Assembly (NCBI GenBank): GCA_964469975.1
Contig: CAYYAF010000002.1
Location: forward strand, 1-32,890
From: an uncultured Candidatus Saccharibacteria bacterium
GTDB lineage: Bacteria; Patescibacteriota; Saccharimonadia; Saccharimonadales; JANWIN01
Reading direction: 5' to 3'
DNA length: 32,890 nucleotides
Positions 7,433-15,935 of this stretch are shown here, piece after piece. Below the pieces are notes generated by a model, which saw only the letters and a list, made by a program, of their open reading frames with translations, did no database searches and had not been told where the DNA came from. A program made the translations under genes and the position numbers. Each line of letters opens with the position of its first letter. The first letter of the stretch is position 1.

Positions 7433-9790
7433 ATGAAAAAGTATTTTTGGATAGCTCTAACTTTTAGCATTTTAACCGCCGTAGCAACAACGGTATTAAT
7501 TGCAAAAACTGCGCTGGCTTACCCCGGTGGCTTACAGCAATTTTGCCCGGCACCACCAAATAACCAGACTATTCATGGGTTATGGATTGACCCTTCTGCG
7601 CTGACAGCGCAACCTGCCAACACCACTATGTACGCGCAGTCATATATATGTACTAGTGCACCGTATACTACAGCTGGCAATGTTATTATTTATGTAGACG
7701 GCATCACAAATATGTCCGGAAATGGCGGTATCCTAGCTTTTTCACCTTTTGGTAATACAACCACACAATTTAATTTAGGAAACATTAACGGAAGGGGCAC
7801 ATACTCAATAACCTTGTCTGCGGCAATGGGTACTAATAATAATCCACCTGGTACGACCTGTTACGATGTTAGATATCATGCTTCGGCAGTGTACGGTGGT
7901 GTTACCGATGTATCAGGTCCAGGTCACTGGTATCCGTGTGTAACTTACAACCCGCCGGTAAATCATGATCCCACAATAAGCGTGTCTAACCCAGATTGTT
8001 CAAGCACAACTTTTACAATTACATCTGGCGATCAAGACGCTGGAGCTTATACAGTAAGGTGGCACATTAGGCGTCGAGCTAGTAGCGCTGCACCATGGAG
8101 TGCATGGAGTGCATGGAGCGGCAACATTGGCGGATTTAGTGGCGCCGCAGATACAGTTACCGTTAATTTAAATCAAACTCAGGGAGCTACAATTCTTGGT
8201 TTAACTTACAATAAAACTTATCAATATCAGATTCAAGCCGATACAGCGGGTTTTGCACCGGCAGGTTCGCCAGCTACAAGCCCTAGAATTGCTGATGCCA
8301 GTTCTGTTTGGGGGCCGTGCGCGCTAGGTTTTGATTTTACGCCAGACGTAAGCCTAAGCGTAACACCGTCTGTATTTGGCTATATAGAAAACCCAGACAC
8401 GGCTAGCTTTACGCCTTCAATTACTAATAGTGGTAATGATGCAGTCAATAACATTAATTGGTCAACTCAGTTTTATATTAGATATGCTGACGGTTCACCC
8501 AATACTGATTTAAGTTGTGGGGCAATCAACGGCACAATAAACATGCCAGCGGGGGACTATAATGGTTTTCCAAACTGCTCAAAACCACTCGCTGGGTATA
8601 GCCTTAGTCCCGGTGATCAAATTTGTGCCTATCTAGCTATAAACCCAGGTACTGGAGAATATGATGACGTAACAAATAACTGGATAGGGGGCACTATTTC
8701 CGCCAGAAATTCTGGGGCGCCACCAACTAATTGCTACACAATCTCTAACCTGCCATACACAAAATTCTTTGGCGGTGATGCATTTGCTGGCGGCAGTTTT
8801 AAAAATGCTGGTACCTGTGCAGATTTTGTGAACGCCTCAATTTGGGCATTTAACTATAGCTCAAATAATGTTGGCTCAAGCTCGCAATACGGACTAACAG
8901 CTATGGGTCCAATTGAAGGAATGAGTAGCGCCAACCTTGGCAGTGCCGGCCTGGCAAAGCCACCGGTAGGGCTGTCGTTTAGTAATGGAACCGGGTTTAT
9001 TCTTGGCGGTAATTTTGGCGGCAGTAACTGTATTACAGACTATTGGAAAACCAAAAACGGAACTCCGATAACTGCCAGTAATATAAACTTAGGTGCTGCG
9101 GCCTATACAGCTTCCGGAGCTTACAGAGTTAGCAATGGAGGCGCGCAGATTGATGTTAACAACGGGGTGGGGCCCGGCGCGACAGTTTCACCCGTTGGTA
9201 GCCACCGTGTCTTTTACTTTGACGGCGATATACATATTAGTAACGACATATTATTCCAAAACGAGACAGGAACGTATGCAAATGAAGACCAAATACCGGC
9301 ACTCTACATGATTGTTCGCGGCAACATTTATATAGATCCAGGCGTGCATGAGATTAACGGTATTTTTATTGCCCAGGAAAAAGCAGCCAACGTTGGCGGA
9401 ACAATTTATACCTGCGCACCGGCAACCGGACCATATCCAAGCCCAACAATTTTAAACGCTTCACACTTTTTACCCGGCGGCGATTGCAATACCCAACTAA
9501 GGGTTTTTGGCACATTTTTAGCCCAGCACGTAAAGTTATTAAGAACCCTAGGATCATTACGTAATGGTCGTGTAGGAGAAAGTTCAACCGATGCCATACT
9601 TGACGTACTTGTAGCCCAGTCCGGCGGGGCATTTAGTTGCTCTACGCCAACTAATACGTGCCAAAATTCTGGCGAAGCATTTATATTAAGCCCAGAAATT
9701 TATGTTACTAAAATTTGCAGGGATATACCCACGGTTTGTAGCACTGGCAGTCAAGAATTTTCAATAACCGGCTTACCACCCATACTTTAA
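7433..9790 (+). CDS. Large secreted Cys-rich protein with an FN3-like module (function unknown; heads the T4P locus)
   Basis: 785-aa uninterrupted ORF. Sec-type signal peptide (MKKYFWIALTFSILTAVATTVLIAKTALA/YP). FN3-like segment (Y.VRW......W..WS......T..GL..NKTYQYQIQA). Many Cys residues. No C-terminal TM or LPXTG. Confidence 0.6.
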   Translation: MKKYFWIALTFSILTAVATTVLIAKTALAYPGGLQQFCPAPPNNQTIHGLWIDPSALTAQPANTTMYAQSYICTSAPYTTAGNVIIYVDGITNMSGNGGILAFSPFGNTTTQFNLGNINGRGTYSITLSAAMGTNNNPPGTTCYDVRYHASAVYGGVTDVSGPGHWYPCVTYNPPVNHDPTISVSNPDCSSTTFTITSGDQDAGAYTVRWHIRRRASSAAPWSAWSAWSGNIGGFSGAADTVTVNLNQTQGATILGLTYNKTYQYQIQADTAGFAPAGSPATSPRIADASSVWGPCALGFDFTPDVSLSVTPSVFGYIENPDTASFTPSITNSGNDAVNNINWSTQFYIRYADGSPNTDLSCGAINGTINMPAGDYNGFPNCSKPLAGYSLSPGDQICAYLAINPGTGEYDDVTNNWIGGTISARNSGAPPTNCYTISNLPYTKFFGGDAFAGGSFKNAGTCADFVNASIWAFNYSSNNVGSSSQYGLTAMGPIEGMSSANLGSAGLAKPPVGLSFSNGTGFILGGNFGGSNCITDYWKTKNGTPITASNINLGAAAYTASGAYRVSNGGAQIDVNNGVGPGATVSPVGSHRVFYFDGDIHISNDILFQNETGTYANEDQIPALYMIVRGNIYIDPGVHEINGIFIAQEKAANVGGTIYTCAPATGPYPSPTILNASHFLPGGDCNTQLRVFGTFLAQHVKLLRTLGSLRNGRVGESSTDAILDVLVAQSGGAFSCSTPTNTCQNSGEAFILSPEIYVTKICRDIPTVCSTGSQEFSITGLPPIL

Positions 9791-9886
9791 TAGATTAATT
9801 TAAGTTGCAAGACACAGGAATATTTGTTATACCGTTTAAGGTAATGAGTGTTAAAACAAATAGTTTGCGCGGTCGGACATTGCTTA

Positions 9887-9895
9887 TGCTATAAT
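9887..9895 (+). promoter_or_regulatory. Extended -10 promoter element TGCTATAAT upstream of pilM
   Basis: TGnTATAAT at 9887-9895, about 105 nt upstream of the pilM ATG. A GGAGAG RBS sits just before the ATG. Confidence 0.4.
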
Positions 9896-10000
9896 CGGAG
9901 TAACTATGACTCCCGTTAAATTTATAAGGGGAAGAGTGGGTTATATAAGTTTATGAATACAAAACTAAAAGAAAGCTTAAAAAATCGGAGAGCCTAATTA

Positions 10001-11041
10001 ATGAGTTTACTGAGTGGGGTATCTGAATTTTTTGGTCTAGATATAGGTACAACCGCGGTTAGATTGGTTGAACTTAGAGGCACCGGCCGCGTAAAAGCCC
10101 TAACTCGCTATGCCTTTGTACCTGTTGATGCCAAGATTGCTTTAAGTGATTCTAAGGCTGACCGCCAAAAATTGGCCCAGACTATACAGGAGCTTTTAAA
10201 TCAGGCAAGGGTAACCACCCGCAATGTAGCGGTTGGATTGCCGTCTGGCAGAGTTTTTACAACTGTGGTTGATATAGATAGGTTATCGCCCGATGAAATT
10301 GACAAAACCATACACTACCAAGCCGATTCAATCATTCCAACTCCCGTAGCTGATTCCAAAATAGACTGGGTGGTACTGGGCGATTCACCAAAAGATAAAA
10401 CTAAACTAGAAGTTTTAATTACTAGCATTACCAATGAATATGTAGAATCTCAGCTTGATATGCTAGAGTCAATCGGACTAAACGTAATTGCTTTTGAGCC
10501 AGATACAATGGCACTGACTAGGTCAGTTATACCAACTGACGCCACAGCACCGCAATTGGTATTAGACATTGGCAATAAAACTACAGATTTAGTAGTTAGC
10601 ATGAACGGTGCACCCCGCTTATCGCGTTCAATTCCTACTGGTACAGAAGCTATTATAAAATCAGCCGTCCAAAACCTTAGTATTGATGACGCTCAGGCTC
10701 AGCAGTTTGTCTTCAAATTTGGTCTTGGCAAAGACAAACTTGAAGGCCAAATTTATAATGCCATAATTGGCACAATAGATATACTTATGAACGAAATAGA
10801 AAAATCAATTAAATTTTTCCAAGCTCGTTATGGCAACGTAGGCATTGAAAGAATAATTGTAACTGGCGGTGCTTCGGCTTTGCCAGAATTTCCTCTGTAC
10901 ATTGCCAATAAGTTTGGGCTAAACGTTGAAATTGGTAATGCATGGCGTAATGTTTCATTCCCGGCCGATAGGCAAAATGAACTGCTAGCTGCAAGTAACC
11001 ACTTTGCAGTAGCTGCCGGGTTGGCGGAGAGGGACATATGA
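10001..11041 (+). CDS. pilM: Type IV pilus assembly protein PilM (actin-like ATPase fold)
   Basis: GLDIGTTAVRLVEL N-terminus, IP....I..S and VTGGGA-like (IVTGGASALP) motifs. Its position is directly upstream of a PilN-like gene. Confidence 0.85.
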   Translation: MSLLSGVSEFFGLDIGTTAVRLVELRGTGRVKALTRYAFVPVDAKIALSDSKADRQKLAQTIQELLNQARVTTRNVAVGLPSGRVFTTVVDIDRLSPDEIDKTIHYQADSIIPTPVADSKIDWVVLGDSPKDKTKLEVLITSITNEYVESQLDMLESIGLNVIAFEPDTMALTRSVIPTDATAPQLVLDIGNKTTDLVVSMNGAPRLSRSIPTGTEAIIKSAVQNLSIDDAQAQQFVFKFGLGKDKLEGQIYNAIIGTIDILMNEIEKSIKFFQARYGNVGIERIIVTGGASALPEFPLYIANKFGLNVEIGNAWRNVSFPADRQNELLAASNHFAVAAGLAERDI

Positions 11042-12084
11042 TTCAGTTTAACCTTCTACCGGATGTAAAACTTGATTTTCTAAAGGCTCAAAAACTTAAG
11101 CGCTCGGTAGTTGGAATTGCAATTATTGCTGGTGGAGCCAGCCTTACGCTACTAATATTACTTTTCTTAGTAGTAGATGTGTTCCAAAAGACACACATTA
11201 GTAGTCTAAATGGCAAAATTAAAGAAGACTACGGTAAAATCCAATCCGTGCCGGACCTAAATAAAATACTGACCATTCAAAATCAGTTAAATAGTCTTTC
11301 TTGTACCAAAGATGAATTATCTGCCGGTAAAAAGCCTTGCTTACATGATAAAAAACCAGTCGCTACAAGACTATTTAGGTACCTAAAGCAAGTAGTGCCA
11401 GACAACGTTAGTATTGCAGAGCTTACTGTAGATTTTGATGCAAAAACTATGACCTTTACAGGTACTTCTAATTCATTGGCTACAGTAAATAAATTTGTTG
11501 ATACGCTTAAATTTACTGGTTATGTGCAAAGCAGTCGGGCTAATTGGACAATAGGTACAAGCTATAAAACTAATGACGTAGTGTCTGATGGTGGCAGTAG
11601 CTACGTAAGCTTATCCGACCATACAGCTGCTAGTGATAATGAGCCGGGTGTAGGCAATAATTGGAAAAATGTATGGAAAGAAATACCTGCAATCAGCTAC
11701 GAGGGTAATTGGACAAAAGGTACAAGCTATAAAACTAATGACGTAGTGTCTGATGGTGGCAGTAGCTATGTAAGCTTATCTGATCACACATCAGGCAGCG
11801 ACACCGAGCCTGGGGCCGGAAGTAACTGGAAGAGCTCATGGAGTGAAGTGCCCAATGCCTTTAGTAGCGTAGTACTTTCTAGTTTTGCCCGCGATTCAAA
11901 AATTGCAAAATATACAATAACACTTAATTTTGCACCAAGCATTTTTGACAACTCACAGAACGTTAGTCTTATTGTTCCAAAAATTATTACCACAAGGTCA
12001 GAAACTGAAAATCCCACCCAGTTATTTAAGAATTTACCCCAACCCGCTACAAGTGATACAACTAATCAGCAAGGCACGCAGTAG
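11038..12084 (+). CDS. PilN-like pilus assembly protein carrying two tandem CBM5/12 (ChtBD3)-like modules
   Basis: N-terminus IQFNLLPD...... plus one TM segment, the PilN signature. An internal 55-aa tandem duplication matches the W..GT.Y...D.V...G..Y......H......EP.....W pattern. Confidence 0.7.
   Translation: MIQFNLLPDVKLDFLKAQKLKRSVVGIAIIAGGASLTLLILLFLVVDVFQKTHISSLNGKIKEDYGKIQSVPDLNKILTIQNQLNSLSCTKDELSAGKKPCLHDKKPVATRLFRYLKQVVPDNVSIAELTVDFDAKTMTFTGTSNSLATVNKFVDTLKFTGYVQSSRANWTIGTSYKTNDVVSDGGSSYVSLSDHTAASDNEPGVGNNWKNVWKEIPAISYEGNWTKGTSYKTNDVVSDGGSSYVSLSDHTSGSDTEPGAGSNWKSSWSEVPNAFSSVVLSSFARDSKIAKYTITLNFAPSIFDNSQNVSLIVPKIITTRSETENPTQLFKNLPQPATSDTTNQQGTQ
11542..11871 (+). repeat. In-frame tandem duplication (2 x 165 nt) inside the pilN-like gene
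   Basis: Unit 1 is 11542-11706 and unit 2 is 11707-11871. A roughly 60-nt core (GGTACAAGCTATAAAACTAATGACGTAGTGTCTGATGGTGGCAGTAGCTA.GTAAGCTTATC) is nearly identical in both. Confidence 0.9.
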
Positions 12085-12092
12085 GTATAACC

Positions 12093-12770
12093 ATGGCAAA
12101 TAAAATAGGACTATCGGCAAAACGAATAAAGATAAATCAAGCCAATACAGTAATGGTTGGAGCACTGGCGATTAGTTCATTTTTGGTTGTCTTTTCATTA
12201 GTTGCCAGCAAGGCATTACTTAGCCAAAGGGCTTATCAAGCCAGAGTTATAGATAAAAAACAGGCGGCCGTTGACCAATTAGAGACAAACTTAAAAGCTA
12301 TTGAGCCACTTGTTAATGCCTATAAAGTCTATACTAACAAGCCTCAAAATGTACTAGGTGGCAATCCTGAGGGTGATAGCGGCAATGATGGCGACAATGC
12401 AAAAATAGTTCTTGATGCTCTGCCCAGCAAGTACGACTTTCCGGCGATGGCTACCAGCTTAGAGAAACTAATGGCGCAAAAAGGGGTAAAGATAAATAGT
12501 ATTCAAGGAACTGACCAAGAGGCTGCTCAAGCTGGTCAGGGCGTAGGTAGTAGCCCTAAGCCTGTGGAAATGCCGTTTGAAATTAATGCCACCGCTAAAT
12601 ATCCTTCAATTCAAAGTGTTGTATTGATATTTGAGAAATCTATCAGACCGTTTTATATTGATAAACTTAAATTTTCAGGTAGTGACGGAGAACTAACTTT
12701 AGATATGACGGCCAAAACGTATTACCAGCCAGAAAGAGATCTAACCTTTCAAACCGAGGTAGTTAAATGA
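12093..12770 (+). CDS. PilO-like pilus assembly protein
   Basis: N-terminal TM, then a coiled-coil segment, then a C-terminal pattern (LP...D.P.....L..L....GV.I.S......P.E.......Y..I......E.S.R......L.......L.L......Y). It follows the pilM and pilN-like genes. Confidence 0.55.
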   Translation: MANKIGLSAKRIKINQANTVMVGALAISSFLVVFSLVASKALLSQRAYQARVIDKKQAAVDQLETNLKAIEPLVNAYKVYTNKPQNVLGGNPEGDSGNDGDNAKIVLDALPSKYDFPAMATSLEKLMAQKGVKINSIQGTDQEAAQAGQGVGSSPKPVEMPFEINATAKYPSIQSVVLIFEKSIRPFYIDKLKFSGSDGELTLDMTAKTYYQPERDLTFQTEVVK

Positions 12771-13018
12771 AACAAAAAGACATAGCACTGATAGTTGTGG
12801 TAATTTTTGTGAGTGTTATTGCGTCTGTTGTTTTATCTAACTTAATAATTGCACCACCAAAAAACCGTCAGCAGAAAGTTGAAATTGTACAACCTATAAC
12901 GGCTGATTTTCCAGAGCCAGATTCCAAGTACTTTAATGATAAATCAGTTGATCCTACGCAACTTATTAGAATTGGCGATAACTCTACCAAACAATTGTTT
13001 AATACTAAAAATCAGTAG
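12767..13018 (+). CDS. Small single-pass membrane protein within the pilus operon
   Basis: 83 aa with one TM segment (IALIVVVIFVSVIASVVLSNLII). Start overlaps the upstream stop (ATGA). Confidence 0.4.
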   Translation: MKQKDIALIVVVIFVSVIASVVLSNLIIAPPKNRQQKVEIVQPITADFPEPDSKYFNDKSVDPTQLIRIGDNSTKQLFNTKNQ

Positions 13019-13031
13019 TGGGTAAAAACAC

Positions 13032-14831
13032 ATGAGTGTTTTATCTGCCAGCACCCAAAAGCAAGTCGAAGATAGCTTAATAAAAGACGGCCTACTCACA
13101 TCTGAAAAACTAGAACAGCTTAAAAATGAAGCTTCAAAAAATAGTACGCCGCTTTTTAGTATGTTGGTTAATAAGGGCGGCGTATCAGACGAGGTTTTAA
13201 CTCATGCCATTGCTAAAGTCACTAAAGTACCCTATGTAAACCTTAGCAATGCAAATATAGAGCCATCTGTGCTGGTCTTACTACCGCAGGATATTGCAGA
13301 ACGATACATGGCCGTACCACTTGGCGAAATGCAGCATCGTTTAGTTGTAGCCATGCTTGACGCCGATAACGTTCAGGCGGTTGACTTTTTAGCTAACAAA
13401 ATTGGCAGACCGTTAAAAGTTTATGCAGCTAGTGAAGCCGGCATAAAACATGTTCTTGGCCAATATTCCGGTAACTTAGACTCTACGGCCGTAGCAGGCG
13501 CTCTAAAACAGGCCACTGAAGCTGTTGATGAGGCTAATAAAGCCAGCAAAGATATTATTGGTATGGACAACAGTATAAAAACTATTGTCCAAGACTCGCC
13601 AATTAGCAAAGCGTTATCTACAATCCTTGATTTTGCCGCCCGGAACCGTGCCAGTGATATTCACATAGAGCCACTAGAAAAGGAGCTTAAAATTAGGGCC
13701 CGCATAGATGGGGTTTTACGCGAAATAATGAAATTGCCTAAAAGTACCGAAGCGCCCTTGGTTTCACGCATAAAAATTCTATCTAATCTAAAAATAGACG
13801 AGCACCGTATACCGCAAGACGGTGGATTTACCATTTTAGTAGACAAACGGCCAATTGACTTACGTATCGCCATAGCACCAGTGGTTTGGGGTGAGCAAGT
13901 GGTTATTCGTTTGCTAGATAAAACAGGCACAAGCTTAAGGCTAGAAGATATGGGTTACAAAGGCCGTGCTCTACGCATGATACGTAACGGCCTTAAAGAA
14001 CCAAACGGCATGATTTTAACCAGCGGCCCAACTGGTTCAGGTAAGTCCACTTCAATGTATGCCTTAATTCAAGAAATTAAGAATGATGCTATTAATATAG
14101 TCACACTTGAAGACCCGGTTGAATACAAGATGGACGGTATTAATCAAATTCAGGTTAATACGGATGTGGGGTTAACATTTGCTACCGGGCTACGTTCAAT
14201 TCTTCGCCAAGACCCCAATGTCATTATGGTGGGTGAGATTCGTGATAAAGAAACAGCTACGCTAGCCGTGCAGGCTGCATTAACCGGTCACTTGGTGTTT
14301 TCAACGCTTCACACTAATTCTGCGGCTGGCATATTGCCTAGGTTATTAGACATGGGCATCGAGCCATTTTTAATTGCTTCAACCGTACATACGGTTATTG
14401 GCCAAAGACTTGTTAGGCGAATAAGTGAAGACAGGGAAAGTTATGAATCAACCAAACCAGAAACCGAAGCTATTCACAGTACAATCGGTCATTTATTGCC
14501 TAGTGATGCTGAAGGGCAGAAAAAAGCAGCTGAAGACTTTGGCTACGAAAACTTGCCCTTAAAAGACCAAAACGCTTATACTTTGTACAAGGGCAAAGAT
14601 AGCCCACAAACCCCGGGCGGGTATAAAGGCCGAATGGGCCTGTATGAGGTATTTGAGGTTACAGAAAAAATTCAAGATCTCATATTAAAACGTGCAACCA
14701 GCCTTGAAATTCAAAAAGTTGCCCAAACAGAAAGTATGGTAACTATGCGTCAAGACGGTTATTTAAAAGCTTTAGCAGGTTATACTACATTAACTGAAGT
14801 TAATCGTGTAGCTGCATCAGATAGTGCTTAG
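13032..14831 (+). CDS. pilB: Type IV pilus extension ATPase PilB (GspE family)
   Basis: N-terminal T2SSE_N-like region, Walker A GPTGSGKST, Asp box, Walker B DPNVIMVGEIRD and His box TGHLVFSTLHTN. Confidence 0.9.
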   Translation: MSVLSASTQKQVEDSLIKDGLLTSEKLEQLKNEASKNSTPLFSMLVNKGGVSDEVLTHAIAKVTKVPYVNLSNANIEPSVLVLLPQDIAERYMAVPLGEMQHRLVVAMLDADNVQAVDFLANKIGRPLKVYAASEAGIKHVLGQYSGNLDSTAVAGALKQATEAVDEANKASKDIIGMDNSIKTIVQDSPISKALSTILDFAARNRASDIHIEPLEKELKIRARIDGVLREIMKLPKSTEAPLVSRIKILSNLKIDEHRIPQDGGFTILVDKRPIDLRIAIAPVVWGEQVVIRLLDKTGTSLRLEDMGYKGRALRMIRNGLKEPNGMILTSGPTGSGKSTSMYALIQEIKNDAINIVTLEDPVEYKMDGINQIQVNTDVGLTFATGLRSILRQDPNVIMVGEIRDKETATLAVQAALTGHLVFSTLHTNSAAGILPRLLDMGIEPFLIASTVHTVIGQRLVRRISEDRESYESTKPETEAIHSTIGHLLPSDAEGQKKAAEDFGYENLPLKDQNAYTLYKGKDSPQTPGGYKGRMGLYEVFEVTEKIQDLILKRATSLEIQKVAQTESMVTMRQDGYLKALAGYTTLTEVNRVAASDSA

Positions 14832-14851
14832 GAAGAAAGGGTGGAATAATA

Positions 14852-15922
14852 ATGGCAACGCAAGCAATGAGGATTGAACTACTACTAGAAGAAGTAGTAA
14901 AAAAGAAAGCATCTGACCTTCACCTTCAAGTAGGCTTACCGCCAATGCTTAGAGTAGACGGGGCATTAATGCCCGTTACTGGAGCCGAACATCTAACAGA
15001 GGAAAGCTTAGAGCAACTAGTATTTGCCATTTTAGACGAAGATCAAAAACAGATTTTACTAAAAGATAAAGAGTTTGACTTTAGTTTTGCCTTTGGTGAT
15101 TTGGGCCGGTTTCGTGTTAATGCCTTTCATGAGAGGGGCAACTTGGCAGCCGCGCTTAGACTTATTCCTAACGATATTTTAAGCATAGAACAACTAGGTA
15201 TGCCGCCAATTGTAAATAAATTTGCAGATTACCCGCGTGGGTTAGTGCTTGTAACTGGCCCCACCGGTTCAGGCAAGTCTACTACCTTAGCAGGACTAGT
15301 TGGCCGGATTAACAATGAACGATCATCCCATATTATTACCATCGAAGACCCCATTGAATACACTCATAAATCTAAAAAATCTATAGTTGTACAGCGTGAA
15401 GTTCACTACGATACCTATTCATTTAGTGCCGCACTTAGATCTAGCTTACGTGAAGACCCAGATGTGGTACTAATTGGTGAAATGCGTGACCTTGAAACAA
15501 TTTCTTCGGCCATAACCATTGCCGAAACTGGCCACTTGGTTCTGGCAACACTGCACACCAACAGCGCATCACAAAGTATTGACCGTATGATTGATGTTTT
15601 CCCGCCGCACCAGCAGCCACAAATTAGAGCCCAGCTGGCCAACATTTTGATGGCCATATGCTCTCAGCGCCTAATTCCGGCCATTGGCGGTGGTCGTATT
15701 GCAGCCGCAGAAATACTCATAGCCACACCAGCCGTACGCAACATTATTCGTGAAGGTAAAAGCCACCAACTGGAAGCAGTTATTCAGACGGGTGCCGAGC
15801 ATGGTATGCAATCAATGGATAAAACACTGGTTGGCCTAATTCATAACGGCACTATTACTTATGATGAAGCGCGCAATTATGCTGTAGATCTAGAAGAATT
15901 AGACAGAATGATGAGGAATTAA
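14852..15922 (+). CDS. pilT: Type IV pilus retraction ATPase PilT
   Basis: SDLHL N-terminus, Walker A GPTGSGKST, DPDVVLIGEMRD, TGHLVLATLHTN and the PilT signature AVRNIIREGK. Confidence 0.9.
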   Translation: MATQAMRIELLLEEVVKKKASDLHLQVGLPPMLRVDGALMPVTGAEHLTEESLEQLVFAILDEDQKQILLKDKEFDFSFAFGDLGRFRVNAFHERGNLAAALRLIPNDILSIEQLGMPPIVNKFADYPRGLVLVTGPTGSGKSTTLAGLVGRINNERSSHIITIEDPIEYTHKSKKSIVVQREVHYDTYSFSAALRSSLREDPDVVLIGEMRDLETISSAITIAETGHLVLATLHTNSASQSIDRMIDVFPPHQQPQIRAQLANILMAICSQRLIPAIGGGRIAAAEILIATPAVRNIIREGKSHQLEAVIQTGAEHGMQSMDKTLVGLIHNGTITYDEARNYAVDLEELDRMMRN

Positions 15923-15935
15923 ATAAACAAAAATT

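Noticed and set aside
7276-7467. 63-aa ORF overlapping the end of the small TM protein gene and the start of the 785-aa gene.
   Set aside because: It is an alternative frame across two better-supported ORFs and has no distinctive features.
9906-9956. 16-codon mini-ORF (MTPVKFIRGRVGYISL) and a small GGAGT/ACTCC hairpin in the roughly 100-nt pilM leader.
   Set aside because: It is too short and unsupported. The hairpin is only 5 bp. It could be a leader peptide, but nothing in the sequence argues for that.
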